Part shown: positions 10,226 through 20,000 of the stretch, piece after piece | How the letters are laid out: every line of letters begins with the position of its first letter | Position numbering within the stretch: position 1 is the stretch's first letter | Assembly: GCA_000934665.2 (NCBI GenBank) | Contig: KZ538398.1 | Span: 54,704-74,703 of the forward strand | Reading direction: 5' to 3' | DNA from: Catajapyx aquilonaris | Lineage: Eukaryota | DNA length: 20,000 nucleotides | The notes under the pieces: model-generated | Seen by the model: only the letters and a program-made list of their open reading frames with translations | What the model was told of the DNA's origin: nothing | Databases searched by the model: none | Translations under genes and position numbers: made by a program

Positions 10226-11698
10226 TAAGAGGAACATCTGTATTTGTCAACAATTTAACAAACAATCGGTTATGAATATTAGGTAACGTCATTTCACCCG
10301 TTGCATATGAATGCATATGAATGAAAGAATTGGGAAGCAAATGCGATACCTGATTAACTTGTTTGTGAGTGATAATTATGACAAAAATACATTTTGCTCT
10401 CGGCTTTTCTGAAGTTGGTGCGATATCAGTGCTAGGAGTTGCGCCATGCACTATCGGGTATGTGTCAAGTGCTGGACTTTTCTTAGCTTATCGGTGGCGC
10501 AGAGAAAGAAAAAGGACAATCTATATACCGACAGATATTAATTAATTGGAAATGTCTTATTGTGGAGAATATTTCGTGTCCTCGATAATATATTACAGGG
10601 TAATTCACGCTAAACCTTTCACACGTAACTAGACAAATTATAAATGACATTAATTGCAAATGCAATTCATGCGCCTGTGTAATTAATTAATCTAATTATG
10701 GGCATAATTCATGTAAAATTCAATCAGATATTTTTACATGGGCATTTCAAAATTATTCCATACCGATACGACTTGACTCAACATGCAAGGAATGCAAGTT
10801 TAGCAAACGGTGTGTTTCAGAATTCCCATCGGTGTAAATTATGAAACATGCGGTGTACGGTCTCATTTTTGTATTACATAGTGGCATTATTATTCAACGC
10901 CCACTATATTAACAATGCGATATATTATGAACAGAGGCATCGGACCAGTTATAATTAGAATGAATATGCACACAACATGCAGGGGCCTACTTAGCTACTT
11001 ACAGCACTTGGAGCTAATTAATATAAAAACCTGTTTTTCCTGTTTAAGCTCACTTCAAAATTCAGAATTTACCACGTTTACGTTTACACGTGTAACCATT
11101 GCAATTTCCACTTCCAAATATGAAAGCATGTTGTACCAAATTCTTTCACCAACATCGCAGCCTGAAGCGAACATATAAACTGAAGGCCGGTCACAAATAT
11201 ATACGATACTTAAAGAATCTCTATTTGATATTACCCTTTGATTGGCCTTACTCTCTCAGGGCGTATAATTCCGTGCATGAATGATGCCTTTGACTGTAGT
11301 TGAGCTATTTCCAAAAGATGCCCCTCGAGTGCGGACGTATGTGCACAGCGCAAAAGGGAAACCAATATCAATCAAACGTTTGACTTGCAAGCTAAATTGG
11401 AATCATTCGTTTCAACGACCAGCAGTAAAAATAAAGACGGCCTGCAGACCACATTTTTCAATATTCTCATGATCTTCAAGAAAGCAAGGCAATTTCAATC
11501 AACGTGAAACTAATACACGTCAGGTTTATTGCAAATACTGTGTTCAAATATGCGCAATAGAAATGAGTGACGAGATATACGGTGCCATATTTAGTGTGCA
11601 CGGCTTTCATACGCAATATTTGGACGTCAGTTCAATTCTTTTCCTCGAACATTTGCAACGACTCATATTAGTATTCTATAGTACTTATTGTTACTATA

Positions 11699-11917
11699 CC
11701 AGGGTGTTCCAAATTCGTGGATCGTTTTTTTATAACTGATATCGCCCGATAGTAGTTACGTGTGCCCCTAACCAGGTGCCCCATTCTATAGCAATTGCTA
11801 CATTTGACCCCCTGGGAGTAATGGGGAATCTGCATCGGGGCACAAGCTACACAAAAATAACTACTATCAAGTGATATCAGTTATAATAAAACGGCCCACG
11901 AATTTGGAACACCCTGG
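11699..11917. mobile_element. Tc1/mariner-type MITE (family B), copy without the hAT insertion
   Basis: TA|CCAGGGTGTTCCAAATTCGTGG...TTATAACTGATATC...GATAGTAGTTA and its inverse ending CCACGAATTTGGAACACCCTGG|AA. Shares ATTCTATAGC..TGCTACATT.GACC and ACAAGCTACACAAAAATAACTACT with 6589-6990. Confidence 0.88.
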
Positions 11918-12041
11918 AACAGTGTATGGACACGTCCCCATTACAGAGCAGGCATACAGAACTTACATTCAAACCGGCCATATAAATATGTAACTATGTT
12001 ATCATGTATGTGAATTTTCCTGGTGACACTAACATAACAGA

Positions 12042-12511
12042 CAACCAAAGTAACTCTTTTTACCCTCCTAAATTTTGATTTTTTTTTATTTTATTTTCTA
12101 ATTCTGCAAACATCACCTCTGATGCCAATTTTGACGTCAAAATACAAGCTAAATGCGATATTCCGAAGCCACAACACATAGCAGCCTGTCGCGGGTAGCA
12201 GATCCCAGGTCGCCGCGATTGTAGTGCGCTCTAGGGTGGCGCGAGCAAGTAGAATATGACCTCACACACTTCGAAATCGATTTTGTGTAGCAATTTATGA
12301 ATCAAGTTTAATATTAATCATTTACATATCACTGATATCAGTCGCGACGACCCGCGACCCGCGACCGGATGCAGGTGTTATGGCTTCGAAATTTCGGTCT
12401 TTTGGCTTGTATTTTGACCCTGCACTGTTTGCACAACACTATACGTCAAGCAGAATTAGAAAATTTAAAAAAACTCAAAATTTAGGAGGGTAAGAAGAGT
12501 TAGTTTGGTTG
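12042..12511. mobile_element. Long-TIR foldback element (possibly Mutator-like)
   Basis: Outer IR at 12042-12107 / 12450-12511 (CAACCAAA.TAACTCTT.TTACCCTCCTAAATTTTGA...TTTTCTAATTCTGC). Inner degenerate IR at ~12136-12221 / ~12338-12418 (GTCAAAATACAAGC...CGAAGCCA.AACAC...GTCGCGGGT). No TSD recognised. Confidence 0.8.
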
Positions 12512-13889
12512 GGAGACCTACAGCAGTAGCCCATGTCATGGTGAAACAACCAATACGCGTCCCCAAAATATGAAAATGATATGCTTGTGATACGTCCAGC
12601 CAACATGAGCCCACTCAAATATAATGTTATCATACCATACCATACGTCCGTTAACGCCATTGCGCCTGGTCAACTAGCGTAAATAACCCCTAGGATGCAA
12701 AAACCTTCGTAGCGGATTTAAAATATGCAGCGAAACGCGTCTGGATGAAGAGTTTCGCAAACACTCAAGCGTGTGGACCACTGGACTCCCAACCCGCCGC
12801 ATCTCACTTCACGCTCTGATAACACTGCACTGTACTTGTGTTTACAGTAGTAGTAGTATATGAAAAAAAACATAAGTAAATAAATAATATGATCGATCCA
12901 GTCTGACTTGATCCACGTCCTTTATCCCTAAACGCCATCACGTAGCCTACTTCATTCATATGCTGGAAGCAGGACAAATCATTTCAAGCATGGAATATCA
13001 CTACAAGTGATGATCGCTTTACAGTCCTTCCCTACTTTTGCGCATCCTTGACAATTGCTGCCGACTCTCAGAGAACTCGGTCCTGGAATTTATGAGCATT
13101 AGAAAGCGCATTAAATCCTGAGGATGACAAACGTGCCTTCCTGGAACCGGGAAATGTGTAGCATAGATCATGGTTGTCCCAGACACCTCCAACAAGTGTG
13201 CCAGAACATAGCTTCTTAACAGGCCAGTAGCAGTAGTTTTGGTATGGTCAGCAGGTCAGATAGGGTCATTTAAGCGTATGGCTATATGAGTGGGTGAGGT
13301 GTGGGGATCAGTAACCGGGGCCCACACCCGGATATGGATGACCCGCAGGACATGCATCAATATGATTTCATGGCTTCCCATTTCCTAGCTTCACGAGTTG
13401 ATTAATGTTTGGGGGAATGGGAATCCGCCACGTCTAGGAATGTGCCAAAATGGAGGCACATGATATGTGGAAGGACCATTTTTGGGAGCTTGAAAGTTTT
13501 TCATGTTGACACGAGTTACAGCCAGGTTTCCGTTAAGAAAATGGCCGACTGGCTTTCAAAACCGATACAGTGGGGAATGTTTTTCAGAAAAAAGTTTCTG
13601 GCTTGATTAATGCGCTTTTTTTTTGGATGGGACGGGGGGTCCCTGTGCGATTCGAGTTATGGAAATTTGATTGTATTTCAAATTATAATTACGGCTGGGA
13701 GAAAAAACAATCATAAAAGCAATGTGTATGCATATGGAAATCATAACCGTCCTTGAAGCTATAGCAGTTCTGTATATTACACACTGGCGAAAGTTGAAAT
13801 GGGTCACGCAAAAACCGAGTTTGCGCACTTTGGCTCCCTAAGTTCTTTCTGTGACCCAACAAACGCGCATCTTCTGCATATGTTGCCTT

Positions 13890-14098
13890 CCCGACATCCT
13901 ATGGATATCTACAAGCACTTAGGTACTCCGGTGTACACCTGGGAGTGGTACTCCCTGGTACTCCTCAGGCACCTCACTCTTTGTGGTACTCCTTGAATTT
14001 GGTACTCCAGTGTACACTTTTCAGTCGAGTGATCTACATATCTACTGAATCTCCACTGGATATTTCGATATCCATAGGATGTCACTGTGCTACTTGGG
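13890..14098. mobile_element. CACTA/CMC-like MITE with CCC...GGG ends and internal GGTACTCC repeats
   Basis: Perfect 17-bp IR GACATCCTATGGATATC (13893-13909 / 14067-14083). Right end ACTGTGCTACTTGGG; left end CCC joined directly to the IR. GGTACTCC occurs at 13922, 13947, 13957, 13985 and 14001. Confidence 0.65.
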
Positions 14099-14471
14099 CG
14101 CTCACAACCCAATTAAAATGGCGATTTTGTGTCCTCACTCCCTGCCCTCTTTTTTTGAAGGAAAAAAAAAAACCCGGTCAACATGGCTGCTGTTGTTGTA
14201 AGTATCCCAGCGGACGTCCCGTTTTGTCTAGACCAGGACAAAGTGGGCCATGCCTGAATTGGCCTCCAGGGTGGGGCATTGCCTTTCATCTGTTCCGGAA
14301 CCGTCCCTTGTCCAGTACCCGCCACCTGCCACTCTCCAAATAATATTCGGCCCTACCATCCAATCCAACAATAGCCCAATTTTTGTCCACCCCTATCTTG
14401 AGGAATGGAACGTTCCAAAAGTGTGGGTCCCTCCCCCGGCGCGAGTGGATGGACTCGACCAGCAGCAATCC

Positions 14472-14540
14472 ATGTTGGTGGCGTGGGAGTTGACTGACTG
14501 TACGCCCCAGGAGCTGAGAGGTGTGATTCGATTTCTCTGC
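14472..14540 (+). pseudogene. Possible relic of a mariner transposase N-terminus
   Basis: Translates to MLVAWELTDCTPQELRGVIRFLC, resembling the 'E.R.VI(R/K)FL' start of mariner transposases (Mos1-type HTH_48). A mariner TIR-like GAGG...CGTTCCAAAAGT lies ~70 bp upstream. Similarity is lost immediately afterwards. Confidence 0.35.
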
Positions 14541-14686
14541 TCAAATCCATGCTCTTGTCCTCCTCACATGTATTCCCCGACACTAATGCTGGAGGAGGCG
14601 TTATGCCAATGACCAGAGGGTCAGGGTGTCATGACTCTACTGACTGTCTCTAATGACCATCATGGGTGATTCGATCAGTTTTATAA

Positions 14687-14809
14687 CCTCCTGAGACCCC
14701 TGGTACAGTATACTGTACCTTTGTTTTTTTCCAGCACCTTCTGACTAACTCAAGCGCGTAAAAAAACAAAAACAAAGGTACAGTATACTGTACTCCGGGT
14801 CTCAGGAGG
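14687..14809. mobile_element. piggyBac-like MITE with ATAA target duplication
   Basis: ATAA|CCTCCTGAGACCC...GTACAGTATACTGTACCTTTGTTTTT and AAAAACAAAGGTACAGTATACTGTAC...GGGTCTCAGGAGG|ATAA. Confidence 0.82.
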
Positions 14810-15383
14810 ATAAGCGATATGTGGAAAAAACTAGGAGGTTCATAGTTAGGAATATTATAGGTTGAATCTATCTAATGGGGTCAAGCTTTCTGCAGCAGTC
14901 GCGTTTTGCCCGGGATGGCTTGTGGAGGATTTTTGTTCCAGAACGGTGAACTGGTGCGGCTAACGGGTACCAACTTTCGTAACGAGTTGGTTCGACCCAG
15001 GCACAAGGAGCTCCTTGACAACTGCCCTTAGCAACAAGATTTTGGGTTCTGATAGGCGGAAACAATATGATTTGAGGTTCTTAATTGTTTTTTGTTCATG
15101 TCTTAATGTAAGTATGAAACTAATTGAAGAAAAAAAAATCGTAGGTTTCACTTATCCGCGGGGGAGGGGGGGGGGGGCTTGGAACCAATTACTGCTAATA
15201 ACCGCGGGGCTGAATATATATTGCATGGGTATTGAGTGCGAGATTTTCGGCCAGTGTTTGCTCTCGGCGGAGCGTTTCATTTCTACAACAAACATTTTAT
15301 ACCACAGCGTAGTTCGCTTAATAATCTGGTTGCTAAGGGCCACTGTCAGTGTAACATTCATGTAGAAAAACGAAATTCCTATA

Positions 15384-15704
15384 CAGGGTGTTTCAACTTT
15401 TTTGTCCGAACAGTTATCGGAAAATTGCACGTAGCTGCTACTTTGTAAGCAGTGACTTGCAACCGGTGATTTGTCGGAGGAACGGGGAATGGGGAAAAAG
15501 AGGGTCACACATCCCATGGCATGTGTGACCCTCTTTATTCCAGGCTTGGCCCTCAATTTTCAGCGGGCAGCACGTATGCCACTTCAACCTACGATTCGCA
15601 GGGAATTCCTCCGAAAAATCACCGTTTGCAAGTCACTGCTTACAAAGTAGCAGCTACGTGCAATTTTCCGATAACTGTTCGGACAAAAAAGTTGAAACAC
15701 CCTG
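15384..15704. mobile_element. Young Tc1/mariner-type MITE (family C) with 99-bp TIRs
   Basis: TA|CAGGGTGTTTCAACTTTTTTGTCCGAACAG... arms at 15384-15482 and 15606-15704 with 2 mismatches. TA on both sides. Internal 40-bp palindrome at 15497-15536. Confidence 0.93.
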
Positions 15705-15805
15705 TATATGAATTTCTTCGATTTACTACATCTTTTTGAGGCAACTGTAGAGGTTGATCTGTCAAAATGGGGATAGGCATCTAGACACTAGTAAATCCCC
15801 TGTCT

Positions 15806-15855
15806 ATCAGTAGAAAAACCACTTGCAGCACTGTGGTTTCGGTTTTTCTACTGAT
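15806..15855. repeat. Short perfect inverted repeat
   Basis: ATCAGTAGAAAAACC / GGTTTTTCTACTGAT, 15-bp stem with a 20-bp loop. Confidence 0.75.
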
Positions 15856-16639
15856 CTTCGAGCGAGGTCACCCCGCTTAGGGTTAACTACAGAGGGGGAA
15901 AGGGGGGGGATGTGTGATTTTGTTTAACTATCCAATGTCCCCTCGACCTCGCTTGCGGACAATGTCATTAATACGAACGTGACAATATTATTAAAAGGCA
16001 CCCCCGTGTAACAGATAACTACATGGAACAAAAGCACATTCCAGAACGACTCCGAGAGTCATAGGGTGCACTGCTTGGCTCCCCAACATGTGAAAATAAC
16101 AGCTCTAAATTCGTACTGACGAAAGCAAATGGACATCGATAAAGACCTCGTAAGTGGAGTTCAGCACCTATGTGGACTATGGAGGATCCACTTGTTTGCT
16201 CTATAGCATTAGTGCAATTGCAGACAAGCTAATATTAGTGGGGTTTTTTTTGCTTTTCATGCCTCCTGCAGGATGTTAGTGGTTTTTAGGTTGAAATTGG
16301 TTTGGAAATGCTGTCCAAAATATGTCCTGACTATAACATGTTTCAGGCATTACACCCGTTATACAGTAAAACAAGATTGCAAGCATGGTGTTCCAACTGG
16401 ATTGTCGGTAGTTTCGGCACTAAATCGTTTTAAATTAATAACTTATTATTTACTCCCGTATCGGGGACGATCAAAAATATTCGGTTGAACGGAACACATT
16501 CTGTTGACATAGAGAGTTCAGTTTCTTTGAAAATCTGATTTGAAACGCTCCATCTGACACATTTGGCATTGTTATTAGATGTTGAAGAAGCATCCGGTTT
16601 TTTCCAGGCCGGAAGCCTCCTCCCCGGTCCTGTAATGAT

Positions 16640-16684
16640 ATGCCAAACTCAATATGAATATTCTGGCCCTATTGAGTTTGGCAT
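16640..16684. repeat. Short perfect inverted repeat
   Basis: ATGCCAAACTCAATA / TATTGAGTTTGGCAT, 15-bp stem with a 15-bp loop. Confidence 0.75.
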
Positions 16685-18140
16685 TGTGTAATGTAGCCTT
16701 GGAATATACATGATAATGATTAGGCCAGTTTTCTATTAAAGAAACTGCACCAGTCGCCTGCATGTGGGGAAAAAACCATGATCTCATAAGGCTAATGCGA
16801 TACTAAAACTTCAAACCCTCATAGAGTATGTCTTAATCATTCGATGATGGCTGATCATTCTGTACTTCATGTTCTCATATATTAAATTATCCCTCATAGT
16901 AATTTTTCAAACTAGCTGTTAATAATAAGCAGTTTAACGGCAAAAATCGCCAGGTGCCATTGTAACTCCCTGTATATGTTCTGCAGAAATTTACTAAGTT
17001 ATGTAAACTCAAATCGATTCAATATAATATCAGCAAATTTTCCAGATCCAGACATATAGCCGCAAGACATATCAGATCAAAATAGAAAAAAAAATCATAT
17101 TCGTTATCATGGAAATAGCTATACCACCGCAATGCTTTTTGACAGCTTATTTCGGTAACCTTTACTGTATATTCTTACATTATTATATATAACAGTGTAC
17201 AACCGCCCCAGCCTCCAATTTACGCCATACCGAACTCGATCCTCATAGGGAGTTACTCTAGGGTCGATGCGTTCCTTGTATCTCAACCACTCACGTCCTT
17301 TCATATAGTTCAGCCAGAAACATGAAGCAGTGCAGACCCTTTCTTAGTGTAACACTCCCACAATGACCCAAACGACATAATATCTAGGCTGCCATTCCCA
17401 GGCAAAGCCAAACGCATATCATCAGCACACATTTCTTTTCTTCTTTAAATTTCATACACTTCACCTTGGGAGAGTGCTGATGGTCGTATATCTCGCTTGG
17501 GTGCCTCTGCACTGCCTATCTTTTAGGCTATCCTATTTGTCCAATATCCCATTCCAATGCAGGGTATGTCAATCCCCGAGCGTCGATTCGTCACATTAAT
17601 ACGATCGCACTTGAAAATTCATTAACTAAATAACACCCCCGATATGTAACGACATGATAAGCATTAGCTAATGAAGTCAAACGAGCCTGCGCGTACCCAA
17701 CAACACGAATCATACTAATAAGTAACAAACAATTACAGAGTACAGGTTCATCCAGTGTCCAGCATTATAAGTCCACAATTTGACACAATGGACACGTGCT
17801 GGTGAGACGAAGAGCAGACCAACGAAGCTCCATAAATTTCAGTTTCCTACACACCGGTAAAAGTCTCTACGGACTCATTTCACTGCGTGCGTGGCACCGT
17901 TACACCCGCAAAACAAAAGCAGAAACTGATGTCTTTTCCTCTACCGGGAGAACCAATCTACTTCGCCCGCATTGAATCACTGCTGCACAAAGACCAATTC
18001 TTTGTGTTTACTATATAGTAATTTGATCTGATCTCGATTGATCTTGTTGCCTACTTTCGATTAACTATACGAATAACGTGTACTGTACAACATAATTCAG
18101 TCTACTAGGTACCGCAATGCCGCATACATTGTTGTCTGTA

Positions 18141-18288
18141 CTATCGGTCTCAATTAGTTTCGGCCACTTTATCCTGGTCTTCAAGCAACCCTTAACACAT
18201 ACACCCACACACTTCCTCACCGTGGGGCCTGTGCGAAGGGTTGCTTCAAGACCAGGATAAAGTGGCCGAAACTAATTGAGACCGATAG
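18141..18288. mobile_element. Tc1/mariner-type MITE (family A), short intact copy
   Basis: TA|CTATCGGTCTCAATTAGTTTCGGCCACTTTATCCTGGTCTT.AAGCAACCCTT. 53-bp arms (18141-18193 / 18236-18288) with 1 mismatch and TA TSD on both sides. Confidence 0.93.
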
Positions 18289-18306
18289 TACTTCGAAGGT
18301 TGAATA

Positions 18307-18713
18307 CTAGTAGCAGTATGTCCTAGTAGCGGTTCTAGTAGCAGTATGTCCAAGTTGCGGTGGCTACCCTTTCATATCGGGAGACCCCGCACTAATCTTT
18401 TACCTACTTTCCTATAGGCTTGTATCTGCTGAAAAATAAGCGTGTATCCGCTAAAGAATTGGCGTGTATCCGCCGGGAAAGTTAGGTCATGATGTAGGTT
18501 GGTACAGCATGCCCCTACCACTGCCACATTCGGTCTCCCGATATGAAAGTCTTTCCGTTTCGGTCCTAGTAGCAGTATGTCCTAGTAGCAGTATGTCCTA
18601 GTAGCAGTATGTGTGTATGTCCTAGTAGCAGTATGTGTGTATGTCCTAGTAGCAGTATGTGTGTATGTCCTAGTAGCAGTATGTCCTAGTAGGGGTCCTA
18701 ATAGCGGTATGTC
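18307..18713 (+). repeat. Minisatellite (16-bp GTCCTAGTAGCAGTAT with 24-bp variants), interrupted
   Basis: Units at ~18307-18360 and 18563-18713. Three units carry an extra GTGTGTAT. Confidence 0.9.
18358..18557. mobile_element. Small element with subterminal inverted repeats inserted in the minisatellite
   Basis: Perfect 18-bp IR CTTTCATATCGGGAGACC (18369-18386 / 18532-18549) with non-matching outer extensions. Three internal TGTATC(C/T)GC repeats at ~21-bp spacing and a GTTAGG/GTAGGTTGG motif. Confidence 0.7.
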
Positions 18714-20000
18714 ATTGCTGTCTACACTGTCGGTGTAACGATAATGAAATGGGCGATTGAGACGACTAATGCAAGATCCTTTTTTGGAGGGTTGGTTCCG
18801 TAATTGATGTGTGGCACGCACGCAGTCAGGACTTGTCCGGAGGGACAGCTTGCTTTCTGTCACATCATTTTAATCGCCTGCCCCGGAGATTCCTCTCCTG
18901 CATCTCGTCCCATATTTCATAGCTGTCCGAGCCTGGGATTTCTGCATATCCACCCAGGCCCTTGTCCATTGGCTTTTTACCCACTGGACATTACAATTTT
19001 TGATTTCCAGCTTTCATTTCATAGCAAATGTGGCCATACTGATAGGCTCTGCTTAACTGAATGTGGCGTGCACAAGAGGTAGAAAGAGAAGGAGGGGGGG
19101 GGGGGGGGGNGGTGAAAAAAAGAACCTTTTATTGACCCGATGGCGTGCTTCTCAAGGACAGCAAGGCCGCCCACCACTGGTCCATATCTTCAAAAAAATT
19201 GTTACAACTACCTTGGACCCGAAATACAGTAAATACCCGCATAAAAATATGGCGACTTTTTTTTTACAAAAAAAAATGCGGATGTATCAATCAGTTTGAC
19301 TTCCCAGAATCAAAGCTTGCTTCAGCTCTAATCAAATCCGGGGATGACTTACAGGATGTAAATTAAAACTTCCGTTCCGGTAACTGAATTTTCTCTCATA
19401 CGCCCTTGAGCTCTGCGCAAGCTTATCCGGATTTTGTCAAATCATATATTCCGATTCCTTTTTTAAATTTTGTTAAAAATTTGTTTTCACATATTTGACG
19501 CAAAAAAAAACAATCCGGGTCATTTTGCGCCTGGGTACTGCACCACACGCAATGTAAGAGAAGCGTATGGGTTGCCTAATAGCCAGGATGATCCGTTTTT
19601 CCAGATTTCGTGTCTGTTTGGAATTTCGTTTCTAGTTCCTAGTTTTAGATATATCCGACCAAATGCGTGGGCAGACTCGCTTTTAAAACCGGGCTGGAAA
19701 TAGCACACCCGCTTAATGTACCTTGAGAGTCCGATGCTTCATGCATTTTTCAGAGTAAACATGCGGCTCTTTCAACTGCAGCGACATAAGTTGGAATCGA
19801 GTTGACTTTTTTTTCTAAAATTACCTGCAATTAGTGTATGGATACTCAAAAGCATCAGCATGGCAACATTTGCAATTTTCAAACCAGTTTTTTTTTACCC
19901 TCAGTTTTTTTTGTGTTTTTTTTTTGCATGGCACAAGCCGATTGGTCAAATCATGGCGAATGCGGCTGCGGTTGCATTATTTCCAGGCACCCCCACCCAC

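Noticed and set aside
13922..14008. GGTACTCC repeats as a CRISPR or iteron array
   Set aside because: The motif is only 8 bp with irregular spacing and lies inside an inverted-repeat element.
15236..15739. Shared peptide VAAT/KKLKHPV-like content in ORFs on both strands
   Set aside because: This is an artefact of translating the 99-bp TIRs.
18563..18713. CRISPR-like array
   Set aside because: The repeats are directly tandem, or separated by an identical 8-mer. There are no unique spacers or cas genes, and the context is eukaryotic.
19225..19290. pogo/Tigger-like end TACAGTAAATACCCGCAT
   Set aside because: Only a ~6-bp inverted partner was found, which is too little to define an element.
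202..19708. All ORFs in the supplied track as protein-coding genes
   Set aside because: All are 134 aa or shorter, many use non-ATG starts or run through microsatellites and MITEs, and no domain is recognisable apart from the weak mariner-like peptide. Short spliced exons cannot be excluded.

Overview
This is eukaryotic, apparently non-coding DNA. It is AT-leaning with little CpG depletion, and the repeat types suggest an invertebrate animal, although the taxon is an inference. None of the supplied ORFs is a convincing gene, and I found no rRNA, intact tRNA, CRISPR array or operon. The window is instead crowded with short non-autonomous transposons: Tc1/mariner-type MITEs (TA TSD), a PIF/Harbinger MITE (TAA TSD), a hAT MITE (8-bp TSD), a piggyBac-like MITE (ATAA TSD), CACTA/CMC-like elements, a non-autonomous Helitron, a tRNA-derived V-domain SINE, unclassified foldback elements, microsatellites and a minisatellite. 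The most informative structure is a ~1 kb stack of five elements at 5976-6990. Its two nested insertions can be checked against empty-site sister copies in the same window (11699-11917 and 18141-18288). A possible decayed mariner transposase start lies near 14.4-14.5 kb. I found no evidence for a new protein-coding system.
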